Below, one piece after another: positions 1 through 8,408 of a stretch of 24,000 bases of DNA. A model generated the notes under the pieces. That model had not been told where the DNA came from. It did no database searches and was given only the letters and a program-made list of their open reading frames with translations. Origin of the DNA: Marinactinospora thermotolerans DSM 45154 (GTDB lineage: Bacteria; Actinomycetota; Actinomycetes; Streptosporangiales; Streptosporangiaceae); assembly GCF_900167435.1 (NCBI RefSeq), contig NZ_FUWS01000009.1, positions 203,836 through 227,835 of the forward strand. The letters are read 5' to 3'. Numbering within the stretch: position 1 is the first letter of the stretch; each line of letters begins with the position of its first letter. The position numbers and the translations under genes are program-made.

Positions 1-661
1 GAGCGAGGTCGCCGCCGAGGTCCTGGAGCTGCCCGACGATCGGGTCGCCGTGGTCTCGGGTCCCAACCTGGCCCGGGAGATCGCCGAACGCCAGCCGGCG
101 ACGGCGGTGGTCGCCTGCCGTGACGAGGACACCGCGGTCCGGTTGCAGCACATCTGCAAGTCGGCCTACTTCCGTCCCTACACCACCACCGACATCGTCG
201 GCGTCGAGCTGGGCGGCGCGGTCAAGAACGTCATCGCCCTCGCGGTGGGCGTCGCGGTGGGGATGGGGTTCGGGGACAACGCCAAGGCGTCGTTGATCAC
301 CCGGGGGCTCGCCGAGACCGTGCGGCTCGCCGTGAGCCTGGGGGCCGACGAGCACACGCTCGCGGGACTCGCCGGGATGGGCGATCTCGTGGCGACGTGC
401 AGTTCCCCGCTGTCACGCAACCGCACGTTCGGCGAACGGCTGGGATCGGGCCTGACGCTGGCCGAGGTCGTCGCCGAGACCCGGCAGACCGCCGAGGGGG
501 TCAAGTCCTCGGAGTCGGTGCTCGCGTTGGCGCGGGCCAACGACGTGGACATGCCGATCACCGAAGCGGTCGTGGAGATGATGCACGAGAACCTGCCCCC
601 GGCCGAGGCGCTGCTGCGGTTCATGTCACGTAGCGCCAAGCCCGAGCGTTACGGCGTCTGA
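1..661 (+). CDS. gpsA: NAD(P)H-dependent glycerol-3-phosphate dehydrogenase, C-terminal part (5' end lies outside the window)
   Basis: Frame 2 is open from the window edge to TGA 659-661. The translation (..VSGPNLAREIAERQPATAVVA..VELGGAVKNVIALAVGVAVG..GDLVATCSSPLSRNRTFGERLG..) matches the conserved GpsA core and C-terminal domain. Codons are strongly G/C-ending. Confidence 0.9.
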   Translation, partial: SEVAAEVLELPDDRVAVVSGPNLAREIAERQPATAVVACRDEDTAVRLQHICKSAYFRPYTTTDIVGVELGGAVKNVIALAVGVAVGMGFGDNAKASLITRGLAETVRLAVSLGADEHTLAGLAGMGDLVATCSSPLSRNRTFGERLGSGLTLAEVVAETRQTAEGVKSSESVLALARANDVDMPITEAVVEMMHENLPPAEALLRFMSRSAKPERYGV

Positions 662-788
662 GTTCTCCGCCCGTCCCTTCCGGCGCTCCTGACCGTGGGC
701 GGTGGGTCTTTCCGCGTGGCCGCGGGGGAGGAGTGCGGGGTTAACACGTCGGAAACATCGGTCTTTTAACCTCAAACCGGGAGGAAAT

Positions 789-1988
789 ATGACAGACCGT
801 CTAGGCGAGAACACTCGGGCGCTCCGACTTCCGGTGTCACCCGCGCCCGTGGGCGACCCGCTGCGCACCCCGGTCCATCGCAGCACCACCTACGCCTTCG
901 CCACGTCCCAGGAGTACGCCGACGTCCTCAACGGGACCGCCGCCGGCTACTCCTACGCGCGTATCGACAACCCCACCACCGACGCCTTCGCCCACGCCGT
1001 CGCCGCCATGGAGGGGGCCGGCCTCGACCACGAGGTGCGGGGACAGGCCTTCGCCTCGGGCATGGCCGCGATCAGCACCGCGCTGCTCGCCCTGACCGCC
1101 GCCGGAAGCCACGTCGTCGCCGCCCGCTCCATCTACGGCAACACCTACTCGCTGCTGGACGGCCTGTTCCGCAGGTTCGGGGTCGAGACCGACTTCGTCG
1201 ACATCACCGACCTCGACGCGGTGCGCGCCGCCCTGCGCCCCGAGACCCGCGTGGTGTTCGCCGAGACGCTCTCCAACCCGACGATGACGGTCTCCGACAT
1301 CCCGCAGCTCGCCCGCATCGCCCATGAGGTCGGCGCGCTGCTCGTCGTCGACTCCACCTTCGCCTCCCCGGCCGTGTGCCGACCGCTGGAGCACGGCGCC
1401 GACCTCGTCGTCCACTCGGCCACCAAGTACATCGGCGGCCACAGCGACGCCACCGGTGGCGTCGTCGTCGGGCGGCCCGAGCTCATGGCCGAGGTCCGTT
1501 CCGCCCGCGTCGACCTCGGCCCCTGCCTGGCCGCCGACGAGGCGTTCCTCCTGCTGCGTGGCCTGGAGACGCTGCCCCTGCGCGTCGCCCGCCAGTGCGC
1601 CACCGCCGCCGAGTTCGCCGCCGCCGTGGCCGAGCACCCCGCCGTCGAGCGCGTCGACCACCCCAGCCTGCCCGCCCACCCCGGGCACGCCCTCGCCGGC
1701 AAGCTGTTCGACCAGGGCCGGTACGGCGCCGTGGTGACCATCACCCCCCGCGGTGGGCGCGAGGCCGGGATGGCCTTCGCCGACCGGTTGCGCGTGGCGA
1801 CCATCGCGGCGTCGCTGGGAGGCACCCACACCATCGTGGGACACGTCGGCTCCACCACCCACCGTCAGATGTCGGACGAGGCGATCCGGGCGGCGGGCAT
1901 CGGGCCGGCGGCGGTGCGATTCTCCATCGGCCTGGAGGACCCCCAGGACCTCATCGCCGACGTGCTCGCCGCCCTCGACGGCGTCTGA
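789..1988 (+). CDS. Cys/Met-metabolism PLP-dependent enzyme (cystathionine gamma-synthase / O-acetylhomoserine sulfhydrylase family)
   Basis: Track ORF 702-1988. Preferred start is ATG 789, preceded by GGGAGGA (779-785). PLP-lysine motif HSATKYIGGHSD, N-terminal ..PVHRSTTYAF.. and C-terminal ..ASLGGTHTIVGHVGSTTH.. are typical of the trans-sulfuration fold. The exact reaction cannot be assigned from sequence alone. Confidence 0.85.
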   Translation: MTDRLGENTRALRLPVSPAPVGDPLRTPVHRSTTYAFATSQEYADVLNGTAAGYSYARIDNPTTDAFAHAVAAMEGAGLDHEVRGQAFASGMAAISTALLALTAAGSHVVAARSIYGNTYSLLDGLFRRFGVETDFVDITDLDAVRAALRPETRVVFAETLSNPTMTVSDIPQLARIAHEVGALLVVDSTFASPAVCRPLEHGADLVVHSATKYIGGHSDATGGVVVGRPELMAEVRSARVDLGPCLAADEAFLLLRGLETLPLRVARQCATAAEFAAAVAEHPAVERVDHPSLPAHPGHALAGKLFDQGRYGAVVTITPRGGREAGMAFADRLRVATIAASLGGTHTIVGHVGSTTHRQMSDEAIRAAGIGPAAVRFSIGLEDPQDLIADVLAALDGV

Positions 1989-1989
1989 C

Positions 1990-2019
1990 GGAGCGGTCGG
2001 GGACGGCCCCGACCGCTCC
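1990..2019 (+). terminator. Perfect 13-bp stem with 4-nt loop, starting 2 nt after the PLP-enzyme stop codon
   Basis: GGAGCGGTCGGGG-ACGG-CCCCGACCGCTCC checked base by base. There is no U-tract, which is common for high-GC actinobacterial terminators. Confidence 0.55.
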
Positions 2020-2178
2020 TCCCCGGAGGAGGGCGGGGCCGCCACGGCGGGCCGGGGCGCCGTGTCGTCGTACCGTCCGGGCTGTTCCGGCTGCGATCCT
2101 GGGTATGACGAAAAACCCCTTTTGGGGCGGCGTCGTATGTTTCAGATTCCCAGTGGTAGCGAGATAGGGTCAGGCACC

Positions 2179-3294
2179 ATGGCCGAGCAGCAAAAGACAC
2201 GGGTCGCCGTCGTTTTCGGCGGGCGCAGTTCCGAGCACGAGATCTCCTGCGTCACCGCGGGCAGTGTGCTCTCGGTCATCGACACCGACCGCTATGAGGT
2301 CGTCCCCGTCGGCATCACCCGGTCCGGCACCTGGGTCCTCGCCCCCTCCGACCCGGCACGCCTGGCCATCAGCGACGGACGCCTCCCCGAGATCGGGGAC
2401 GCGGGATCCGAACTCGCCATCCCCTTCGCGGGGGAACCCGGCCTCCTAGAGGTCCCCGCGGACGAGGCGCCGCGCGCTCTTGGCCGCATCGACGTCGTCC
2501 TGCCCCTGCTGCACGGCCCCTTCGGCGAGGACGGCACCATCCAGGGGCTGTTCGAGATGATCGGCGCCCGCTACGTCGGCGCCGGCGTCCTGGCCAGCGC
2601 CGCCTCCATGGACAAGGTCGTCATGAAGGCGCTGCTCGCCGCCCACGGCCTGAGGGTCGGCCGCTACGTCGCGGTCACCGACCGGACCTGGCGCGACGAG
2701 CGCAAGCGCGTCCTCGACGACATCGCCGAGCTCGGCGGCGTCGTCTTCGTCAAGCCCGCGCGCGCGGGCTCCAGCGTGGGCATCTCCAAGGTCGGCGACG
2801 CCTCCGACAGCGACGCCGTCATCGCCGCGATCGAGGAGGCCCGCCGCCACGACCCGAAGGTCATCGTCGAGGCCAACATCTCCGGCCGCGAGATCGAATG
2901 CGGTGTCCTGGAGGCCGAGGACGGCGGCGCCCCCGACGTGTCGCCGCCCGCCGAGATCCACGTCGCCGAGGGCTTCGACTTCTACGACTTCGAGGCCAAG
3001 TACCTGTCCTCCAGCTCCCTGACCATCCCGGCCGATCTGCCGGCCGACGTCACCGAGCGCATCCGCCGCACCGCCGCCGAGGTGTTCGAGGCGATGGGGT
3101 GCGAGGGGCTGGCCCGCGTCGACATGTTCTACGGCGACGACGGCGAGGTCTACGTCAACGAACTCAACACCATGCCCGGCTTCACCCCCTCCTCGGCCTT
3201 CCCGCAGATGTGGGCGGCCGGCGGGCTCGACTACGCCGCGCTGGTGGACCGGCTCATCCGCACCGGCCTCAAGCGGGAGCCCGGCCTGCGCTGA
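2179..3294 (+). CDS. ddl: D-alanine--D-alanine ligase
   Basis: ATG 2179 lies inside track ORF 1753-3294. The product starts MAEQQKTRVAVVFGGRSSEHEISCVTAGSV and carries ATP-grasp blocks (..VFVKPARAGSSVGISKV.., ..EVYVNELNTMPGFT..). The upstream part of the ORF is Arg/Pro-rich and overlaps the preceding terminator. Confidence 0.93.
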   Translation: MAEQQKTRVAVVFGGRSSEHEISCVTAGSVLSVIDTDRYEVVPVGITRSGTWVLAPSDPARLAISDGRLPEIGDAGSELAIPFAGEPGLLEVPADEAPRALGRIDVVLPLLHGPFGEDGTIQGLFEMIGARYVGAGVLASAASMDKVVMKALLAAHGLRVGRYVAVTDRTWRDERKRVLDDIAELGGVVFVKPARAGSSVGISKVGDASDSDAVIAAIEEARRHDPKVIVEANISGREIECGVLEAEDGGAPDVSPPAEIHVAEGFDFYDFEAKYLSSSSLTIPADLPADVTERIRRTAAEVFEAMGCEGLARVDMFYGDDGEVYVNELNTMPGFTPSSAFPQMWAAGGLDYAALVDRLIRTGLKREPGLR

Positions 3295-3371
3295 ACCGTC
3301 TGGGCGCGAACGGGACCTGCGGGGAAGGAGACCGTCACCCGGCGGTGGAGCTCCGTCCCGGTCCACGCCAC

Positions 3372-3412
3372 CGTCGACGGCCCGGGCACCTCGTGTGCCC
3401 GGGCCGTCGACG
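3372..3412. terminator. 18-bp palindromic hairpin between convergent ddl and the MarR gene (bidirectional terminator candidate)
   Basis: C-GTCGACGGCCCGGGCAC-CTCGT-GTGCCCGGGCCGTCGAC-G. The 17-bp arms are perfectly complementary and one flanking C:G pair extends the stem. Confidence 0.6.
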
Positions 3413-3474
3413 TGCTGTGGGGTGCCACCGCTTCGCCGCGGACGCCCGCGCGCCCGCCGAAGGGCCGGGGCGGG

Positions 3475-4002
3475 TCAGCGGATCTGCTGGGCGCGGTCGG
3501 CCAGCTCCTCCAGGACGCCGTTGACGTCCTCCAACCAGCGGGAGACCACCCGCAGCTCCTCGTCGCTGTACCCCGAGTGCATCGTGACCATCGCGTCGCG
3601 CAGGCCGATCAGCGACGCCGCGGGCGGTTGGTGGTCCTTGCGGATCGCGACCATGATCTTGCGCCGATCGTCGGGGTGACGCTCCCGGCGCACGTAGCCC
3701 GAGCGCTCCAGCCGGTCGATGACCGCGGTGATGGCGCCCGAGGTCAGGCCGGTCAGGTGCGCCAGCCGGCCCGGGGTCATCGGGCCGTTCACCTGCAGCA
3801 GGGACCAGCACTGCATGTCCGTGGGGTTCAGCCCGAACTGGCCGGCCATGGAGTGCAGCAACCGGATCAGGCCGACGCTCAGCCTGCGTCCGCCCTTCTC
3901 GATCGCCCCATAGACCTCGGGTAGCTCTGAGGGCCCCACCGGCGCGTCATCGCGCTTCGACCCTGGTGTCGTCTCGGGCATGCCGCCGCCGATCTCGGTC
4001 AC
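3475..4002 (-). CDS. MarR-family transcriptional regulator
   Basis: 175-aa ORF. The winged-helix core ..MTPGRLAHLTGLTSGAITAVIDRLERSGYVRRERHPDDRRKIMVAI.. is the MarR signature. The start is unresolved between GTG 4002 and ATG 3981. It begins 20 nt downstream of the EI24-like gene on the same strand. Confidence 0.85.
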   Translation of the reverse strand: MTEIGGGMPETTPGSKRDDAPVGPSELPEVYGAIEKGGRRLSVGLIRLLHSMAGQFGLNPTDMQCWSLLQVNGPMTPGRLAHLTGLTSGAITAVIDRLERSGYVRRERHPDDRRKIMVAIRKDHQPPAASLIGLRDAMVTMHSGYSDEELRVVSRWLEDVNGVLEELADRAQQIR

Positions 4003-4022
4003 TCTTTCCTTCGAAAATCAAA

Positions 4023-4802
4023 CTACGTGGTCCGGGGGACCTCCGGCGTGGCCGGGGGGAGCAACCGACGGGCCAGGATGGTGCCGCCGGCCGTCGCCGC
4101 GGGGAACACCACCACGGACACGAAGGGGATCGCCAGCAACAGGTACACCGGGATCGAGAAGCCGAGGACGAGGGCGAGGTGGCGGCGCATCCAGGTGCGC
4201 CGGTCGGCGAGTCTACGCAGGCCACGCCGGTCGAAGGCGGTGCCGACCAGCTCGGTGCAGATGAACCAGCCGCCGACGATCGCCGAGATCACCGGGATGA
4301 CGGTCTGGCCGACGACCGGGATGAACCCGGCGGCGAACAACGGGATCGAGACGAGGGCGGACAACGCGATCAGCGCCAGCGACTGCCGGATCGCCCGCAC
4401 GGCGGAGGACACGACGGGCTCGTCCGTCTGGGGCGGCGCGCCGCCCAGTTCCTCCTCGACGTCCTCGGCGATCTTGTCGTACAGCGGGAACCCCAGGGCC
4501 AGCGTGAGCCCGGAGAAGGCGATCACCATGATCAGCACGGAGGCCACGACCAGCACGATGCCCAACGTCACACGGAGCGCGTTCTGCCAGGCGTCGTCCC
4601 ACCCCGAGGCGAACGGGGTCATCCACGTGGTCAGGTCGTCCAGGTTGAGGACCAGCGCGACCAGGGCGACGACGAACAGGATCGAGGTGATCAGCGGCGG
4701 GATCGCTCCGAGGACGAACAGCTTCGGCCGGCGTAGCACCATGCCGAACCCCTGGAGGAGCACACCGACGCCGGAGACGAGGTTTCGCAAGGGAGAGAAC
4801 AC
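4023..4802 (-). CDS. EI24/CysZ-like polytopic membrane protein
   Basis: 259-aa ORF with GTG start at 4802 and several hydrophobic helices. The N-terminus ..LLQGFGMVLRRPKLFVLGAIPPLITSILF.. resembles actinobacterial proteins annotated as EI24 domain / CysZ-like. The family call is from memory and not searched. Confidence 0.7.
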   Translation of the reverse strand: MFSPLRNLVSGVGVLLQGFGMVLRRPKLFVLGAIPPLITSILFVVALVALVLNLDDLTTWMTPFASGWDDAWQNALRVTLGIVLVVASVLIMVIAFSGLTLALGFPLYDKIAEDVEEELGGAPPQTDEPVVSSAVRAIRQSLALIALSALVSIPLFAAGFIPVVGQTVIPVISAIVGGWFICTELVGTAFDRRGLRRLADRRTWMRRHLALVLGFSIPVYLLLAIPFVSVVVFPAATAGGTILARRLLPPATPEVPRTT

Positions 4803-4814
4803 GTCGCGACAATA
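4803..4814 (-). promoter_or_regulatory. Candidate -10 box TATTGT ending 6 nt before the GTG start of the EI24-like gene (leaderless-transcript geometry)
   Basis: The minus strand reads TATTGT-CGCGAC-GTG. It matches the TANNNT -10 pattern. There is no Shine-Dalgarno sequence and the -35 is weak (TCAACG, 17-nt spacer). Confidence 0.3.
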
Positions 4815-4871
4815 CCGCCCGATCCGTTCCCCCGTTGATCTTGAGGGGGACCCTCCACCCGCCGGAGGCGG

Positions 4872-6599
4872 TCACCCCCGGCGCAGGAGGGCGTGGGCGT
4901 CGCGGTACCAGCCGGCACGCGACAGCAGCTCCTCGTGGCTTCCGTGCTGGAGCACCCTGCCCTCGGAGACGACGTAGATGTGGTCGACGCGCTCCAGCCC
5001 GGCGAGGTCGTGGGTGATGAGCAGCGTCGAGCGGCCCTCGGTGGCGTCGAGCAGGTCGGTGACCACGGCGTCGCGGGCGTCGGGATCGAGGTGGGTGGTG
5101 GGTTCGTCGAGGACGAGGACGCGCGGGGCCGCGAGCAGCGCCCGGGCGAGTGCGAGCCGCCGCCGCATGCCGCCGCTCAACCGCGCGCCGTGCGAGCCGA
5201 CCTCGGTGTCCAGGCCCTCGGGCATCGCCTCGACGTCGTCGGCGAGCCTGGCCCGCCGCAGCGCCTCCCACAGTTCCCCGTCGCCGGCTCCGGGACGGGC
5301 CAGGCGCAGGTTCTCGCGCAGCGTGCTGGTGAAGACGTGGGGGTCCTGGGGGACGCCGGTGATGACCCGCCGGGCCTCGTCGACGGGCAGCCGGGTGAGG
5401 TCGGTGCCGTCCAGCTCGACCGTTCCGGAGTCGGGGTCGCGGAAACGCAGCAGGATGGCGGCCAGCGTGCTCTTCCCCGCGCCGCTGGGCCCCAGCACCG
5501 CGACGGTCCGTCCCGGGGGGACATCGATGTCGACGCCGTCCAGGGCCCAGGGCTCGTCGGCGCCGTAGCGGACCCGCAGCCCGCGCACCCGTAGCCGGGC
5601 CGGGCCGTCGGGCAGCGGCGCGGGGTCGGCGGGGTCGCTCACCGAGGCGGGGGTGTCGAGCACGTCGAACAGCCGCTCGCCGCTGGCTCGCACCGCGCCG
5701 AGCCGGGCGGCGACCGCCGGCAGCGGGGAGACGATCTCGAACGCGGCCAGCGCGGTGAGGACGACCACCGCGAAGGGGACCGGTCCCAGCGTCCCCTCGG
5801 ACACCGCGGCCACGCCGAGGAGCAGGGTGGCCCACACGGTCAGGCCGGTGGCCAGGGCGATGGCGCCCTCGCCGAACCCGAGCAGCGCGGCGTCGCGCCG
5901 GGCGACCCGGGTGATCTCGGCGTCGGCCTCCTCGACCCGCCGCACGGCCCGGTCCATGGCGCCGTAGGCGATGAGGTCGGGGGCGCCGTGCAAGGCGTCG
6001 ACCAGGGAGGTGGAGAGATCACCGCGGGCCCGGGCCAGGCGCCGGCCGGGCCCCCGCCCCAGCGCGGCGGCGGCCAACGGGACCGCGACACCGGCCGAGA
6101 GAAGCCCCGCGGCCAGCAACAGGCCGCCGGGGGCGAACAGCGCGGTGCACACCGCCACGACGGCCCCGCCGGTGACGATCCCGACCAGGGGAGGGGTCAG
6201 CCCGCGCACCAGGAGGTCCTGGGTGGCGTCGGTGTCGCTGACCAGCCGGGAGACGAGGTCGCCGGAACGGAAACGGCGGACGGGCTCGGTGCGGGCCAGG
6301 CGCTCATAGACCCGCACGCGCACGTCGGCGAGCGTGCGGAACGCGGCGTCGTGGGTGACGAGGCGTTCGAGGTAGCGCATGACGCCCCGGCTGACACCGA
6401 GCGCGCGGGTGGCCACGACGGCGACGCTCAGCGCCGTGATGGGCGGATGCTGGGCGGCGGTGGAGATGAGCCAGGCGGCCACCCCGAGCAGGGCGACCCC
6501 CGATCCGGTGGCGAGCGCGCCGAGCAGCACGCCCAGGGCGAACCGGGCACCGCGCGGGCGGGCCAGCGCGATCATCCGCCATAGGGGTTCGCGGTTCAC
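4872..6599 (-). CDS. cydC: Thiol reductant ABC exporter subunit CydC
   Basis: 575 aa with a transmembrane domain followed by an ABC nucleotide-binding domain: Walker A GPSGAGKST, signature LSGGMRRRLALARAL, Walker B VLVLDEPTTHLD. The GTG start overlaps the cydD stop (GTGA, 6596-6599). It is the last gene of the cydABDC run. Confidence 0.85.
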   Translation of the reverse strand: MNREPLWRMIALARPRGARFALGVLLGALATGSGVALLGVAAWLISTAAQHPPITALSVAVVATRALGVSRGVMRYLERLVTHDAAFRTLADVRVRVYERLARTEPVRRFRSGDLVSRLVSDTDATQDLLVRGLTPPLVGIVTGGAVVAVCTALFAPGGLLLAAGLLSAGVAVPLAAAALGRGPGRRLARARGDLSTSLVDALHGAPDLIAYGAMDRAVRRVEEADAEITRVARRDAALLGFGEGAIALATGLTVWATLLLGVAAVSEGTLGPVPFAVVVLTALAAFEIVSPLPAVAARLGAVRASGERLFDVLDTPASVSDPADPAPLPDGPARLRVRGLRVRYGADEPWALDGVDIDVPPGRTVAVLGPSGAGKSTLAAILLRFRDPDSGTVELDGTDLTRLPVDEARRVITGVPQDPHVFTSTLRENLRLARPGAGDGELWEALRRARLADDVEAMPEGLDTEVGSHGARLSGGMRRRLALARALLAAPRVLVLDEPTTHLDPDARDAVVTDLLDATEGRSTLLITHDLAGLERVDHIYVVSEGRVLQHGSHEELLSRAGWYRDAHALLRRG

Positions 6600-8395
6600 G
6601 TCGGGATCCTTTCACCGACCCGGCCGGCCTCGATGTGGGCGACGGCGTCCACGATGTCGGTCCAGCCGGTGTCGTGGGCGACGATGACGCCGCTACGGTC
6701 GCGCAGCAACCGCGCGACGGCGACGCGCACCGCCCGCGCGTTGTCGGGATCGAGGTGGGCGGTGGGCTCGTCGAGCAGGACGATCGGCGCGTCGCGCAGG
6801 AAGGCGCGGGCCAACGCGACGCGCTGGCGCTGACCTGCCGACAGGCGGGCGCCGCGCTCGCCGAGCCGGGTGGCGTAGCCGTCGGGCAGCGCGGAGATGA
6901 AACCGTGGGCCTCGGCGAGCTCGGCGGCCCGCCGGACCTCGGCGTCGCTGGCGTCGGGAGCGCCCAGCCGGATGTTGCCGGCCACGGTGTCGTCGAACAG
7001 GTAGGGATGCTGGGGCACCCAGGCGATGGCGGCGCGCCAGGAGTCGGCGGACAGCAGCGACAGCGGGACGGGGGCGGCCAGGGAGGCGTCCTCGACCAGG
7101 ATCGTGCCCGTGGTGGGCTCGGCGAAGCGCAGCAGCAGGGCCAGCAGGGAGCTCTTGCCCGAGCCGCTGGGACCGGTGAGAAGCAGGCTGCGCCCGGGCT
7201 CGAGCACGAGGTCGACGTCGCGCAGCGCGGGAACGTCGCGCCCGGGATAGACGAGACCGACCCCGTCGAACCGGATCCGTGGGGCGGGACCGCCGGCGCG
7301 GCGGGGGAGGGCGGCGACCTCATCGCCGGCCCGCGAGCGCGGAGCCGCGGGGCCGCCGGCGGGGGCTTCGCGAGCGGGGCCGGAGTCGAGCACGGTGAAG
7401 ACCTGCTCGGCCGCCGCGACCCCCTCCATGCTGGCGTGGAAGCGGGCGCCGACCTCGCGCAGCGGAAGGTAGGCCTCGGGGGCGAGGATGAGCACGAGCA
7501 GCGCGGTCTCGTAGTCGAGCATCCCGTACATCAGCCGCAGGCCGATCTCGACCGCGACCAGCGCGACCGCGAGGGTGGACAGCAACTCCAGGACGAACGC
7601 CGACAGGAACGCGATGCGCAGCGTGGACATGGTGACGCCGCGGTGCTCGTCGGTGATGCGCCGGATGATGGCGGCCTGGGCCTTGGCGCGCCGGAAGATC
7701 GCCAGCGTGGGCAGGCCCTCGACCACGTCGAGGAAGTGTCCGCCCAGCCGGTTGAGCAGCCGCCACTGGCGTTGGGTGCGCGCCTGGGTGTGCCACCCGA
7801 CCAGCGCCATGAAGATCGGGATGAGGGGCAGGGTCACCGCGATGACGGCGGCCGAGATCCAGTCGGCCCGGGCGACCACCACGAGAACGGCAACGGGGAC
7901 GAGCACCGCCAGCACCAGCTGCGGGAGATACCGGGCGAAGTAGTCATCCAGCGCGTCCAGGCCACGAGTGGCGAGAGTGACCAGTTCGCCGGCGCGTGGC
8001 GTGCTCGTCCCATCGGGACCGGTCTGCCCTGACAACCAGACCGGTCCCGAGTCTGATCCCCCGGCCGCGGCCGGGGCGGAGTCCGAGGTGCCCGTGACGT
8101 GCCGGATGAGTCTGCGCCGCAGCTCGGACTTGGCGCGCGCCGCGGAGCGCAGGGCGGCGGTCTCGGCACCGTAGGACAGCACCGCCCGGGCGATCGCGAC
8201 CACGGCCACGGCCGAGATCGCCCAGGCGAGCTCCCCGACCCCCTGTCCGTCGGTGGCGCCGGAGATCACGCGGGCCAGCAGCCACGCCTGGGCCAGGACC
8301 AGGCAGGTGACCACGACACCGCACACCACCGTGACGGCCAGGTGCACCCGCACCGCGCGGGCGGTGCGCACCAGACGGGGGTCGAGGGGCTTCAT
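6596..8395 (-). CDS. cydD: Thiol reductant ABC exporter subunit CydD
   Basis: Track ORF 6596-8470. Preferred start is ATG 8395 (MKPLDPRLV..), 13 nt after the cydB stop. It has a transmembrane domain plus a nucleotide-binding domain with Walker A GPSGSGKSS, signature LSAGQRQRVALARAF and Walker B IVLLDEPTAHLD. Confidence 0.85.
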   Translation of the reverse strand: MKPLDPRLVRTARAVRVHLAVTVVCGVVVTCLVLAQAWLLARVISGATDGQGVGELAWAISAVAVVAIARAVLSYGAETAALRSAARAKSELRRRLIRHVTGTSDSAPAAAGGSDSGPVWLSGQTGPDGTSTPRAGELVTLATRGLDALDDYFARYLPQLVLAVLVPVAVLVVVARADWISAAVIAVTLPLIPIFMALVGWHTQARTQRQWRLLNRLGGHFLDVVEGLPTLAIFRRAKAQAAIIRRITDEHRGVTMSTLRIAFLSAFVLELLSTLAVALVAVEIGLRLMYGMLDYETALLVLILAPEAYLPLREVGARFHASMEGVAAAEQVFTVLDSGPAREAPAGGPAAPRSRAGDEVAALPRRAGGPAPRIRFDGVGLVYPGRDVPALRDVDLVLEPGRSLLLTGPSGSGKSSLLALLLRFAEPTTGTILVEDASLAAPVPLSLLSADSWRAAIAWVPQHPYLFDDTVAGNIRLGAPDASDAEVRRAAELAEAHGFISALPDGYATRLGERGARLSAGQRQRVALARAFLRDAPIVLLDEPTAHLDPDNARAVRVAVARLLRDRSGVIVAHDTGWTDIVDAVAHIEAGRVGERIPT

Positions 8396-8408
8396 GACCT
8401 CATTCTCC

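Noticed and set aside
662-788. Possible SAM riboswitch upstream of the Cys/Met PLP enzyme
   Set aside because: I could not recognise the conserved SAM-I/SAM-IV core or a convincing multi-stem junction. Only short hairpins and one inverted repeat are present. This needs cmsearch before it can be fully excluded.
1753-2178. 142-codon N-terminal extension of the ddl ORF
   Set aside because: It overlaps the 3' end and terminator hairpin of the preceding gene and is Arg/Pro/Ser-rich. Homology-like sequence begins only at MAEQQKTRVAVVFGG (ATG 2179).
4213-5835. 540-aa minus-strand ORF in an alternative frame of cydC and the EI24-like gene
   Set aside because: Its composition is extremely Arg/Pro/Ala-rich. 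The overlapping frame encodes a complete ABC transporter with Walker A, signature and Walker B motifs, so this is an alternate-frame artefact. The same reasoning applies to the 837-2045, 8253-9575, 6635-8032 and 13296-14369 ORFs.
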